Part shown: in pieces, positions 1-13,264 of the stretch | Numbering within the stretch: the first letter of the stretch is position 1 | Layout: each line of letters opens with the position of its first letter | Origin: Octopus sinensis | Lineage: Eukaryota | Direction of reading: 5' to 3' | DNA length: 64,000 nucleotides | Assembly (NCBI RefSeq): GCF_006345805.1 | Contig: NC_043024.1 | Span: 10,416,001 to 10,480,000, forward strand | The notes under the pieces: generated by a model | What the model was told of the DNA's origin: nothing | The model's database searches: none | Seen by the model: only the letters and a program-made list of their open reading frames with translations | Translations under genes and position numbers: made by a program

Positions 1-165
1 GGCAACGAGCATGGTGATAACGATTCTGCCGGCTTACTGCCTTACACCTGTATTAACTTGTCACTATTTCCACTGCGCTTGAGACATATTCAGGCCTGTA
101 CAGAAAGACATTGACTGTATTTTGTCATGGAGACATACCAAGTCTACCCAGAGTACTCTCTAACC

Positions 166-460
166 CACATGGCCTAGTGGTTAGAGCAGCAGACTCACGG
201 TCGAGGGATCGCGGGTTCGAATCTCAGACCAGGCGATGTGTGTGTTTATGAGCGAAACACCTAAGCTCTACGCGGCTCCGGCAGAAGGTAATGGCGAACT
301 TCTGCTGACTCTTTCGCCACAACTTTCTCCCACTCTTTCCTCCTGCATCTTGCAGCTCACCTGCGACGGACCGGCGTCCCGTCCAGGTGGGGAGCCTATA
401 CGCCAAGGAAGCCGGGAAACTGGCCCTTACGAGCCAGGCTTGGCTCGAGAAGGAACAAAC
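166..460 (+). mobile_element. tRNA-derived SINE, family A (other copies at ~35820-36312, minus)
   Basis: A box TGGCCTAGTGG, B box GGTTCGAATC, body shared with 36090-36312. Confidence 0.85.
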
Positions 461-1188
461 TCTCTAACCCAGGGGTTGGCAAACCAGGGAAAATCACCTC
501 AAGTAGGGTAAAAATGAAATTCTTGGGGTTAATGAGGACTCATTAGACACAATTAAAATTATATAAAAAACATTTTCCTTGATATGATAAATTTTTCTTC
601 TGGCAAAACTGCATCTGTCCAATGTAATGGGTGTGTAAATAGATCCAATAAACCTTCTGAATTCAAAGAATCTGATTTTCTTCCTTTCAAATCAAAGGGG
701 GTAACATCGGCGTAAATAAATATATTTTGGGGGTAATTGATTTTGCTTACAAACCACATGGTTCCAGGTTCAGTCCCACTGCGTGGCACCTTGGGCAAGT
801 GTCTTCTACTATAGCCTCGGGCCGACCAAAGCCTTGTGAGTGGATTTGGTAGACGGAAACTGAAAGAAGCCCGTCCTATATATGTATATATATGTGTATG
901 TGTGTGTATATGTTTGTGTGTCTGTGTTTGTCCCCCCAACATCGCTTGACAACCGATGCTGGTGTGTTTAGTTTATATCCCCGTTACTTAGCGGTTCGGC
1001 AAAGGAGACCGATAGAATACAAAGAATAAGTTCTGGGGTCGATTTGCTCGACTAAAAAAGGCGGTGCTCCAGCATGGCCGCAGTCAAAATGACTGAAACA
1101 AGTAAAAGAGTAAAGAGAGAGAGAGAGAGAGAGTACATATAAGCCTTGTGAGTGGATTTGGTAGACGGAAACTGAAAGAAGCCCGTCG

Positions 1189-1229
<41 letters not shown>

Positions 1230-1529
1230 GTATATATATGTGTATGTGTATGTATGTGTTTCTGTGTCTGTGTTTGTCCCCCCAACATCACTTGACTACC
1301 AATGCTGGTGTGTTTACATCCCCGTAACTTAGCGGTTCGGCAAAAGAGGCCAATAAAAATTCTTCGAGGCGGTGCCTCAGCATGGCCGCAGTCACACAGT
1401 CCGATGACTGAAACAAGTAAAAGAATAACAGAATAAAAGAATACTCAAGAATTAGGAATTCATTCTTCCACGCACTTCCCTCTCTCTCTCTTTCTCTCTC
1501 TCACGCTGACAGACACACGTTCCTAACAT

Positions 1530-1960
1530 CACAGTGTCACTGACACACAAACACACATATACACAGACGCGCACACACACATACACATGCACACACATAT
1601 ATACACACACACATACACACATATACACACACACATATACACACACACATATACACACACACATATATACACACACACATATACACACACACACATACAC
1701 ACACACATATACACACACACATATACACACACACATATACACACACATATATACACACACACATATATACACACACACATATACCACACATATACACATA
1801 CACACATATATACACACACACATACACACACATACACAGACACACACACACACATACACACACATACACACACATATACACACAGACACATACACATATA
1901 CACACACACACATACACACAGACACACACACATACACATATACAACACACACACACACGC
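1530..1960. repeat. (CA)n/(CATA)n compound microsatellite
   Basis: Direct inspection. Confidence 0.95.
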
Positions 1961-4538
1961 TTGGAGTCCAGTAAATAGCTGTGGAATGTTGTCAAGGATG
2001 GGTCACAAATTGCTTGTAAATACACTTGTGCTGTGATAGTGGCGGGGACGGCGACGGGGGTAGTGGTGTGAGGTAGTGTTTCTGTGTGAGGAGGAAGGAG
2101 GAAGTGTGTGTGTGTGAAAGGGAAAGTGTGTATATAAATGTGAGGATGTAGCTATGCTTTTATGTGTGTGTGTGTGTGTGTATACAGCTTCGGGGGGGGG
2201 GTTCTACTTTTGTATCAAGAGCACAAATTTCAGGCCCACACAGAATTGTGCTTTTGTAGATAAGTGTGTGTGTGTAAACTGTGCTTTTGAAGGGCGCAAT
2301 TGTGGTGGTGGTGGTGGTAGTGGTGGTAGGTAGGCATAGTAAATATACTGGTACTGTGATGGCGGCGGGGGGTAGTGGTGTGGTGTGAGGTAGTGTTTCT
2401 GTGCGAGGAAGGCGGAAGTTTGTGTGTGTGTGTGTGTTCAGAGGTGTTCGTCTGCCGTTACGTTCTGAGTTCAAATTCCGCTGAGGTTGACTTCGCCTTT
2501 CATCCTTTCGGGGTCGATTAATTAAGTACCAGTTACGCACTGGGGTCGATGTAATCGACTTAATACCTATGTCTGTCCTTGTTTGTTCCCTCTATGTTTA
2601 ACACCCTTGTGGGCAATAAAGAAATAAGAAACGTTTAGAAATAGCAGCCAAGTCACCCTCAAATAATGTACCAAATAATGTGGGTAGTAAAGAAATAGGT
2701 ATTTCGTCTGCCGTTACGTTCTGAGTTCAAATTCCGCCGAGGTCGACTTTGCCTTTCATCCTTTCGGGGTCGATAAATTAAATACCAGTTACTCACTGGG
2801 GTCGATGTAATCGACTTAATCCGTTTGTCTATCCTTGTTTGTCCTCTCTGTTTTTAGCCTGTGTAAGTACTAGGCTTACAAAGAATAAGTCCTGGGGTCG
2901 ATTTGCTCAACTAAAGGCGGTGCTCCAGCATGGCCACAGTCAAATGACTGAAACAAATAAAAGAGAGCGTATACTTCTATAAAACATTAAAATTGTTTTT
3001 TATACAGTATAGAGGCGCGGGCGTGGCTATGTGGTAAGAAGCTTGCTTCCTAACGACACAGTTCCGGTTTCAGTCCCACTGTATGGCACTTTGAGCAAAT
3101 GTCTTCTATTATAGCTTCAGGCCAACCAAAGCTTTGTGGGTGGATTTGCCAGGTAGAAACTGAAAGAAGCCTGTTGTTGTGTCTGTGTCCGTGTTTAACC
3201 CCACCGCCACCACTTGACAGGCCTTTGAAGACTGAAAACAGAAGACTGATAAGGATGAATAACATGGCAGTAAATGAATTGAGGTCAAAATAGAGAATAC
3301 GATTGGTTAAAATTCGAAGAATTAAACTATGTAAAAGTTAGAAAATACATTTTTCTCCAAAAAACTAATTGAAATTAATGTTTTCTTTTGACACATTCTA
3401 CTAGTATATGAAGTTTCAAATTATTTAGTTAACTAGAAAAATCTGGCCTTCAAAATGAAAAGATCCCTTGACAGCTGTTGTTCATATATTTATGTAACTT
3501 AAATTTAGGCAAATTGGGACATGAATATAAAATGATACGGAAATGAAGTTTTATTTATAGAAATTCTTAATTTTCATGACTTTTTCGTCATTATTATTAT
3601 TATTATAAGACGTGTTACCAGTGCCGGTGGCATGTAAGAGAACCTTCCGTTTCGCGACCGTTGCCAGCGCCGCCCCGACTGGCCTCGTGCCGGTGGCATG
3701 TAAAAAGCACCATCCGTTCGTGTCCATTGCCAGCCTCGCCTGGTCCCCGTGCCGGTGGCACATAAAAAGCACCATCCGTTCATGGCCGTTTGCCAGCTCT
3801 GTCTGGCACCTGTGCGGGTGGCACGTAAAAAGCACCCACTACACTCACGGAGTGGTTGGCGTTAGGAAGGGCATCCAGCCGTAGAAACACTGCCAGATCT
3901 GACTGGGCCTGATGAAGCCTTCTGGCTTCACAGACCCCAGTTGAACCGTCCAACCCATGCTAGCATGGAAAACGGACGTTAAATGATGATGATGATGTGG
4001 TAGGAAATTAATTTTCCATCAGGTATAATATTTTAAAAAAAAATTTTATAGTGGGGTACAAAAGGAAGTCTTTGGGGATCCATCAGAATAAAATAGTAAT
4101 CAAAGGGGTTCGTAGATTAAAAAAAAAAATGGTTGAAAAAACTCTGGTATAGAGGAAGAGTCACTGCCAACGTGTGTAAATTTGAACGATTTGTCGGTGA
4201 ATAAAACTGTGACCACTTTGCACTACTTTCAAGGCACAATCCTGATGTGTTGTGCGTGGATGAGCCACCACCATCTGCCTCTCACACCACCGTCCACCAA
4301 AATATATTATTACAGGCAGCTTACGTTACACAATGCTAAAGTATAGGTTTCTCTCTCTCCTTCTTTCTCTCCCATTCCGTCTCTCTTTCTTTCTTTCTCT
4401 CTCTCCCTCTCACACACACACAAACTATGTCTAACTATCTATTTCTTTACTTGTCAAGCGATATTGGGGGGGGGGACAAACACAGACACACTAACATACA
4501 CACGCACGCACGCACACACACAAACACACACACACACA

Positions 4539-4583
<45 letters not shown>

Positions 4584-5014
4584 ATATTTATGACGGGCTT
4601 CTTTCAGTTTCCTTCTACCAAATCCACTCACAAGGCTTCGGTTGGCCCAAGGCTATAGTAGAAGACACTTGCCCAAGGTGCCACGCAGTGGGACTGAACC
4701 CGGAACCATGTGGTTGGTAAGCAAGCTACTTACCACACAGCCACTCCTGCACCTGCACTTTATTGCATATAAATTAAAAAAAAAAAATATTACATGGAAC
4801 CTGGTCAAGAACCACCCCTTTATACGACGGGGTATTACTCTGTGCATGTGTGCGTGTGTGTGAATATGTATACCTGCATGTGTGCATGTGCCCCTTTCCT
4901 TCACTAGGGCTCTCTCTACAGCTCCTGGTTACTATTTCTTTTTCTCTGTCTGGTTACTTCCTGATAGGAAATTCCTTACGTGAATATATAACATGTAAAT
5001 CTTTGTAGTTCTTA

Positions 5015-5384
5015 TTAGCACTATGACCCGGCGTTGCCGGGTCACAGTGCTAGTGCATGCATATACAGCTGCGTGCGTGCGCACATACACGCGAGTACTA
5101 TCCAAATCTCCAACCAATCACATACAGCTAGCTGGCATTCAATTGGCGTATCAAGTTTCGGGCATTTTGATTGGGTTTTGGATAGAAAATTCACAAAAAA
5201 GTTACTTCTATTCATTTTTTAATGGCTTTGTGGGGTGACTGGGGAAATGTAAAGATGTGTATGACCACCCTTGGACGATTTTGATTGACCATAGAAAGTA
5301 CGAGCCCTCTAACTGAAAAATTGTGGATTTGTATAAAGGACATGCACGCACAGACAGACATTTTGCTGTTTATATATAGAGAGA
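5015..5384 (-). mobile_element. Non-autonomous Helitron
   Basis: Minus strand starts TC; 3' GC hairpin CCCGGCAACGCCGGG followed by CTAA; A|T insertion site. Confidence 0.65.
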
Positions 5385-6265
5385 TTAGCAAACGAAATAT
5401 GTGTAATGGTGATTAAACAGATCTTTACCTTTTGACCGACAGATTTATAAAATAATTTTTTGTAACTAGTGGCATTAAAAAAGCCATCAAGCCATAAAAA
5501 CCATATCAAAGCAGAGATTGAAACTTGGCACAATCTTCTGACTTGTTAGCTCCTGTCAAACTATTCAGTGTGTGCTAGCATGGAAAATAGACCATAAATA
5601 ATAATAATGATGATATATATATACGACCTTCGAATATTGGGCCTTACCTAGGCAAGGACTAGTGACTGGGACCTTTGGAAATATGCTGTGCCTGAGAAGA
5701 CCTGGCAAGCCAAGTGAGACCATAACCTTGTGTCCTATGCCAGGGGTGTAACCAGCCCACTTATATAATGCGTACTTTTCCTTCATTGGAAACTAAACTC
5801 TGCTTGCGAAGACCAGTTGAGGCAAGTGAAATTGAAATCAAATTCGATGACTGGTATCCATGCTAGTGGAGCGCTAAGAGTACCATACGAGTGTGATCGT
5901 TGCCAGACCAACAAGCTGGGCTCCATGCCAGTGGCATGTAAAAAACACCATTCGAACGTGATCGTTACCTGCGTCGCCTTACTGGCACTTGTACTGGTGG
6001 TATGTGAAAAAAACATTCAAGCGAGGTTGTTGCCAATGCAGCTGAAGTGGTCGTTGCCAGTACTGCCTGACTGGCCCTCGTGCCGGTGGCACGTAAAAGC
6101 ACCCGCTACACTCTCGGAGTGGTTGGCGTTAGGAAGGGCATGCAACTGTAGAAACTCTGCCAGATCAGATTGGAGCCTGGTGCAGCCATCTGGTTCACCA
6201 GACCTCAGTCAAATCATCCAACCCATGCTAGCATGGAAAGCAGATGTTAAACGGTGATGATGATG

Positions 6266-6269
<4 letters not shown>

Positions 6270-6318
<49 letters not shown>

Positions 6319-6847
6319 ATGTATATATATATATGTGTGTGTATGTATATATATAGTGTTATGTATGTTATATATATATGTGTGTGTGTATGTATGTATA
6401 TATATATATGTGTGTGTGTATGTATATATATATATATGTGTGTGTATGTATATATATATATATGTGTGTGTATGTATGTATATATATATGTGTGTGTGTA
6501 TGTATGTATATATATATATATATGTGTGTATGTATGTATATATATATATATGTGTGTGTATGTATGTATATATATATATATATATGTGTGTATGTATGTA
6601 TATATATATATATATGTGTGTATGTATGTATATATATATATATGTGTGTATGTATGTATATATATATATATATGTGTGTATGTATGATATATATATATAT
6701 ATGTGTGTATGTATGTATATATATATATGTGTGTATGTATGTATATATATATATGTGTGTATGTATGTATATATATATATATGTGTGTGTATGTATGTAT
6801 ATATATATATATATATATATGTGTATGTATGTATGTGTGTATGTATG

Positions 6848-6884
<37 letters not shown>

Positions 6885-6949
6885 ATGTGTGTATGTATGT
6901 ATGTATATATATAATAATATATGTGTATGTGTGTATGTATGTATGTATG

Positions 6950-6984
<35 letters not shown>

Positions 6985-7220
6985 ATGTATGTATGTATGT
7001 ATGTATGTATGTATATATATATATATATATATGTGTATGTATGTATGTATGTATATATATATATATATGTGTATGTATGTATGTATGTATGTATGTATGT
7101 AGATATATATATATGTGTATGTATGTATGTATGTGTATGTATGTATATATATATATGTATGTGTATGTATGTATATATATATATATATATGTGTATGTAT
7201 GTATGTATATATATATATGC
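6270..7220. repeat. ~950-bp (TA)n/(TATG)n compound microsatellite
   Basis: Direct inspection. Confidence 0.95.
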
Positions 7221-8100
7221 AGTTTAACAACATGCAGTTTAATGCAGGTAAGTTCCAGGCCCTGCGCTACTGGCACACAAAGGTAAATGACGTGAAGACT
7301 GGATACACTGGCCCAGGAAGAATTGCAATCCCTGAGTCAAAATCAGTGCGTGACCTGGGCATTGACATGAGCAATGATGCATCTTTCCAAATGCATATTG
7401 CTAATCTGGTGATAAAATGCAGACGGCTAGCTGGATGGATTCTCCGAACTTTCAGAACAAGAGAGAAGGAGACACTGATGGTCCTATGGAAAACATTGTC
7501 CTCAGCCGCTTGGACTACTGCTCCCAACTTTGGTCACCACACAATATAAAACAACAGCAGAACTCGAAGCAACTCAGAGAAGCTACACAAAGAAAATCGT
7601 CTCAATGCAAAATGTCAGCTACTGGAAAGACTGAAGGTATTAAACCTCTTCTCCCTGGAGCGGAGGCGGGAGAGATATGCAGTAATATACATCTGGAAAA
7701 TCCTGGAGGTCTTATCCCAAACTTTGGCATTCAAAGTTACTCCAACCGCAGAACGGGGCGCCGCGCGTGGTGCCAAGGATTCCAACATCACCATCAAAAT
7801 ACAGGTCCAGATACTGCAACAGCTTGGGTTTCAGAGGACCACAGCTTTTCAACATCCTCCCTAAATGCCTGAGAGACTTACATGGTGTGGATGTGGGTTT
7901 CTTTAAAACTAAACTGGATCTCTTCTTGTTGGAAGTCCCAGATGAACCTACCTCACGACAGGAGACGCGGATGCGGGCAGCAGCATCGAACTCCCTTGTT
8001 GATCAAGTGCCACGTATCAGAGGTGGATTCACAAACTAGTGTGGCTCATTCAGCGGTGGTGCCCCAGCATGGCCGCGGCCTTCGGGCTAAAACATTTTAA
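7220..8100 (+). mobile_element. 3' end of a CR1/L2-group LINE: frameshifted RT C-terminus and 3' tail
   Basis: [54 protein letters not shown] motifs split across three frames. Confidence 0.88.
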
Positions 8101-8350
8101 GGATTTATATGTGTATGTATGTATGTATATGTATGTATGTATATTTATGTATATATGTGTATGTATGTATGTATATGTATGTATGTATATTTATGTATAT
8201 ATATGTATGTATGTATGTGTATGTCTATATATGTATATAGCGAGGATGATCCGGTTCTTGACTGAAGATTGAAGGCTTCGAATGTCCCGTCCGTGTTTTT
8301 TGTATCGTCTTCTAAATGTTTTGCGTTCTTGTCCCAGTTTGTATTTTTTT

Positions 8351-8386
<36 letters not shown>

Positions 8387-8504
8387 TACATACACACACA
8401 CACAAACATATGTATGTGTGTTTATATGCTTTTGTTTATTTTATTCATGTATATGTTTTGTTTTTGGTTTTATTTTTATGGTGTTCTATTTTTGTTACTT
8501 CCAG

Positions 8505-8539
8505 GGTTAAAGCAGAGAATATTGATATGACCATTGCAG
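8505..8539 (+). CDS. ARPC2: ARPC2 (Arp2/3 complex 34-kDa subunit) coding exon; first coding exon lies upstream of the window
   Basis: ccag|G GTT AAA GCA...ATT GCA G|gtaag; encodes (G)VKAENIDMTIA(D), equivalent to human GNKPEAVEVTFAD; 35 nt, phase fits the next exon. Confidence 0.88.
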
Positions 8540-8777
8540 GTAAGTTCTCTTCATGTTTCAAGAATATTGGACACAATTCTCTGCTCTTTTGTTTTCTGTA
8601 ACAGTTCCAATTCCCAATGTTTGCTGCCTCTTTCTTCCAACCATTTCGTGAAGCTTGACATCCATAATCCTTCATCCTGTACTGCTTTTCTGTTCAATCC
8701 TTCTGGTCATCCATAGGTTCTCCAGGCCCTCTTTTTCAATTTGCCTGACCAAAAAAGTTCCAGTTGCTTAACCCTTA

Positions 8778-9140
8778 TAGTTAAGTTAATTTTTTGGCTC
8801 GAAAAGCAAAAAGCAAGGCCATATAGAGGGACATGGAGTTATGTACAGGGAGGGTGTTCATGCAAAGAGTTCAGGCCATTTCTGGTCAAGATAGACTTTG
8901 AACCGAGCAGTCGTCGGCATCTTCACTATCTCGTCCGGCAGCTTATTCCACGGATCCGCAACCCGGACGGAGAAAGCCCCTCTCCTTCAATTGAGATGAA
9001 ATCGTCGCAGAAGCAGTTTCCTATTTACTGCAACCTGGGTCTTCACTTCTTCGTCAGATACATTGTCCATGCTATCCTCAATATTCTAATTACGAACCAC
9101 ATTCCACAGCTCTCCAAGCACTTGTCTTCCTCACAAAAAT
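8778..9140 (-). mobile_element. CR1-type LINE 3' fragment joined to a short RTE-like RT fragment
   Basis: RRFHLN..GAFSVRVADPWNKLPDEIV..FKVYLDQKWPELF then (TTAAC)n tail; 9040-9140 reads MWFVIRILRIAW..VSDEEV (RTE-like). Confidence 0.75.
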
Positions 9141-10514
9141 AAATCGAGGAGAGCCCCTCATTGACTGATTTACTGTTGCCACATGAGAAGTGCACGTGAA
9201 ATGGTGCCACATTAAAAGCACTGGTGCTGGTGCCACATAAAAAGCACCCAGTACACTTTGGATGGATGGAAGCACTCTGTCGGTTACGACAATGAGGGTT
9301 CCGGTTGATCCGAATCAACGGAACAGCCTGCTCGTGAAATTACCGTGTAAGTAGCGGAGCACTCCACAGACACGTGTACCCTTAACGTAGTTCTCGGGGA
9401 TATTCAGCGTGATACAGAGAGTGACAAGGCCGGCCCCTTGAAATACAGGTACAACAGAAACAGGAAGTAAGAGTGAGAGAAAGTTGTGGTGAAAGAGTAC
9501 AGCAGGGATCACCACCATCCCCTGCCGGAGCCTCGTGGAGCTTTTAGGTGTTTTCGCTCAATAAACACTCACAAAGCCCGGTCTGGGAATCGAAACCGCG
9601 ATCCTATGACCACGAATCCGCTGCCCTAACCACTGGGCCATTGCGCCTCCACCCAGTACACTTTATGGAGTGGTTGGCATTAGGAAGGTCATCCAGTCAG
9701 AGAACAGATGACCATGCCAGAACAGATAATGGAGCTTGGTGTGGCCCCTGGGTTTACCAGCCCCTAACAAACCGTCCAACCCATGCAAGCAGGGAAAACA
9801 GACAGAGGATGATGATGATTTTGATGATGATCTACCCACACTTACGATTCTCAATATTTTCAACTTTCTCTGACCCCTTACATTGTGAGTTCAAATCTCA
9901 CCAAGATCCGATTTTTATTTCTGTCTCTCCCCATCCTTTTGGTGGGGAGAGAGAAATAAAATATCCAGTCTCGTCCTGGGGTTGATTTAATTGGCAAACT
10001 TCCCTCTCTCCCTTCTCTAAATTTCTTGTCTTGTGCCGTGTTGGACATTTTGATTCAGGATGTCAGCATCACAGACCTATTAAAGGATCAAATAAAATAC
10101 CTTGGGTTATTTCATTACATACCTTTATGCGTAGCCGTATTTCGTCTGCTGTTACGTTCTGAGTTCAAATTCCGCCGAGGTCGACTTTGCCTTTCATCCT
10201 TTCGGGGTCGATAAATTAAGTACCAGTTACTCACTGAGGTAGATGTAATCGACTTAATCCGTTTGTCTGTCCTTGTTTGCCCTCTCTGTGTTTAGCCCCT
10301 TGTGGGTAATAAAGAAACATTTCATTACATACCTTTATGCAGGACGCAAAATTTTTTTTGCTACGAGAGTTCTGAGCCCCACTTGTGAACTCATTTGCTT
10401 ACAGCCAATAAAAGCTCACCTTTACCTGGTTGTCAAGGAAACCCAACATAATATTTGTGAATGTGGAATCGATAGATAGATGGGTGGATTGATAGATAGA
10501 TAGGCAGGCAGGCA

Positions 10515-10840
10515 TAGCACTCCATCAGTTATGATGACAAGGGTTCCAGTAGATCCGATCAACAGAACAGCTTGCTTGTGAAATCAACATGGAAGCGGCT
10601 GAGTACTCCACAGACACATCTACTCTTAATGTAGTTCTCAGGGGGATTCAGTGTGACGCAGAATATGACTAGGCTGGCCCTTCGAATTACAGATACTATT
10701 CATTTTCGCCAACTGAGTGGACTGGAGCAACGTGAAATAAAGTGTCTTGCTCAAGGACAAAACTCATCGCTGGGAATTGAACTCATGATCTTAGAATTGT
10801 GAGCCGAATGCCCTGACCAACTAAGCCACGTGCCTTCATA
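10515..10840 (-). mobile_element. tRNA-derived SINE, family E (others at ~9270-9650, 21380-21740)
   Basis: Minus-strand tRNA-like head, TTGAGCAAGACACTT core, shared body with the 9.3-9.6 kb copy. Confidence 0.78.
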
Positions 10841-12074
10841 CATTCATTTGCATATTGGCTTTGGGTTCCGTGTTTGTTCTCAAGGCAGGATTCGTTCTGC
10901 TTCCATTCAGCATATTGGCAAGGGGAGGTAAGCAGGTCCTGATCAAGTGGAACGTCGGTGAAACTGGTTGGTTTGGTTCTCTCTGCAATCTACCCTAAAT
11001 GGTTTCCGTGGCATTACTCTTTACTCTTTTACTCTTTTACTTGCTTCAGTCATTTGACTGCGGCCATACTGGAGCACCGCCTTTAGTCGAGCAAATCGAC
11101 CCTGGGATTTATTCTTTTGTAAGCCCAATACTTATTCTATCGCTCTCTTTTGCAGAACCGCTAAGTGACGGGGACGTAAACACACCAGCATCGGTTGTCA
11201 AGCAATGCTAGGGGGACAAACACAGACACACAAACACACACACACACACACTTATATATATATACATATATACGACGGGCTTCTTTCAGTTTCCGTCTAC
11301 CAAATCCACTCACAAGGCATTGGTCAGCCCGAGGCTATAGTAGAAGACACTTGCCCAAGATGCCACGCAGTGGGACTGAACCCGGAACCATGTGATTGTC
11401 TAGCAAGCTACTTACCACACAGCCACTCCTGCATATTTTGATTTTTTGCACAACACAACTACATACGAACATATCTGTGTGTTTTATCTTTTATCTGTTT
11501 CACTCATTGGATTGCAGCCTTGAAGAATTTTTAGTTGAACGAATTTACCTTCATATTTCTTTAATTTTTTTGTTTTTTTAATCCTGGTACTTTTTGTGTT
11601 GGTCTGTTTTGATGAACCACTAAGTGGTGGGGGACATAAACACACCAACACTAGTTGGCAAGCATGGTTGTGGGGTTAAGAAGCTTGCTTCCCAACCACA
11701 TGGTTGTGGGTTCAGTCCTACTATGGTGACACCTTGCACAAGTGAGTTTTACTATAGCCCTGTGCCAACCAAAGCTTTGGGAGTGGATTTGATTGACAGA
11801 GACTGAAATAAGCCTGTCATGTATATATATATATTTATGTGTTCATCTTTGTGTTTGTCCCCTGCCACCGCTTGACAGCTTCTTCTGATGAGTTGTAGTG
11901 CACTTGAGCCCTGCATGCAATAAGTTCATTATTATTATTTTGTTTTTAATATGCAGAAGGATTGAACTCTTAACCACAAATCCATGCCTCTACATAATTG
12001 TTCTTTCTCTCTCTCTCTCTCTCTCCAACAGGAAGTGTTTAATTAACTGACTTTTTCTTCTGTTTTTATTTCAG

Positions 12075-12133
12075 ATTTTGATGGGGTCCTCTATCATATA
12101 TCAAACCCAGACCAACAGAAAACTAAAATCAGA
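12075..12133 (+). CDS. ARPC2: ARPC2 coding exon
   Basis: ttcag|AT TTT GAT GGG...ATC AGA|gtaagc; DFDGVLYHISNPDQQKTKIR. Confidence 0.96.
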
Positions 12134-12619
12134 GTAAGCAGCAATTTAGTCATAGTGTAACGTGTGTATGTGTGTATGAGTCTGTGTGTGTTATCATCAT
12201 CATCATCATCGTTTAACGTCCGTTTTCCATGCTAGCATGGGTTGGACGGTTCAACTGGGGTCTGGGAAGCGAGAAGGCTGCACCAGGCTCCAGATGGACC
12301 TGGCAGTTGTTTCTACAGCTGGATGATCTTCCTAACGCCAACCACTCCGTGAGTGTAGTGGGTGATTTTTACGTGCCATATATTTGTGTGTGTGTGTGTA
12401 TCTTCACTGGCCCCCATGCCAGTGGCACGTAAAAACCACTCACTAAACTCACGGAGTGGTTGGCGTTAGGAAGGGCATCCAGCTGTAGAAACCTTGGATT
12501 GGAGCCTGGTGCAGCCTCCTGGCTTGCCAGACCTCAGTCATACTGTCCAACTCATGACAGCATGGAAGGCAGACGTTAAACAACAACAACAACAACGATG
12601 ATGATGATATATATATGTA

Positions 12620-12661
12620 TATATGTACATTATTTACATTTGACGGATATTTGTCCTCATC

Positions 12662-12693
<32 letters not shown>

Positions 12694-12995
12694 ATTGTTC
12701 AGATCACTGCTAGGAATTGAACTCGGAATCTTGGGGTTAGTAGCCTATGCGGGCTACCAACCCCAAGATTCTGAGTTCGATTCCAGACAGTGACCTGAAT
12801 AATAATAAGAAGAACATCGAAAAATACCTTAGGAATGAAACTCCAGATTCAAAATTTCCCCAAGACACCTGATGAAGGCTGGAGGGTATATCAGCCGAAA
12901 TGTTGTGTTAACAACAAACAAGATGAGGACAAATATTCGTCAAATGTAAATATTGTAAATAATGTACATAATTCCTCATCTCTTAAATATAGAAC
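12620..12995. mobile_element. Nested inverted-repeat element carrying a hammerhead motif; probable Penelope-like-element terminal relic
   Basis: Outer IR 12632-12663 / 12920-12951 (1 mismatch); inner IR ~12702-12742 / 12754-12795; CCTGATGAAGG...CCGAAA motif. Confidence 0.55.
12864..12909 (+). ncRNA. Minimal type I hammerhead-like motif (Penelope-type), slightly degenerate
   Basis: GACAC CTGATGA A GGCTG-gagggtatat-CAGCC GAAA TGT T GTGTT; stem I GACAC/GTGTT; stem III probably ACGT decayed to ATGT. Confidence 0.55.
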
Positions 12996-13264
12996 TGTAA
13001 AATATATATGCTGTTGTGTGTATATATAGATGTGTGTCTCTTTGTATCTTTCATTTCTAACTTCTGTCTTTACTGACTGCCTGTATATCTCTGTGTATGT
13101 GTGTATAATTGTATGTATATGACAGTGTTGATGCCAACTAAAAAGCATCCAGTCTACACTGTAAAGTGGTTGGCATTTGGAAGGGCATCCAGCTGTAAAA
13201 ACCATGCTAAAACTGGCCTCACTTGTACTGGTGCCACATAAAAAACACTCAGTCCATTCTGCTG

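Noticed and set aside
3905-3930. CTGATGAAGCC-TTCT-GGCTTC hammerhead-like core
   Set aside because: No GAAA or stems I/III; a variant of SINE family D
1452-7549. Long ORFs of H/T/Y/I or C/V/M/Y (also at 30174-31054, 36165-37187, 37700-38284, 49001-49746, 57874-58351)
   Set aside because: Translations of di- and tetranucleotide microsatellites that lack stops by composition
8258-8295. CTGAAGAT..CGAATGTC Penelope/hammerhead-like motif
   Set aside because: GAAA incomplete and stem I not convincing
1-8500. Search for the ARPC2 first coding exon (MILLE..N..RI)
   Set aside because: No matching sequence found by eye; presumed upstream of the window
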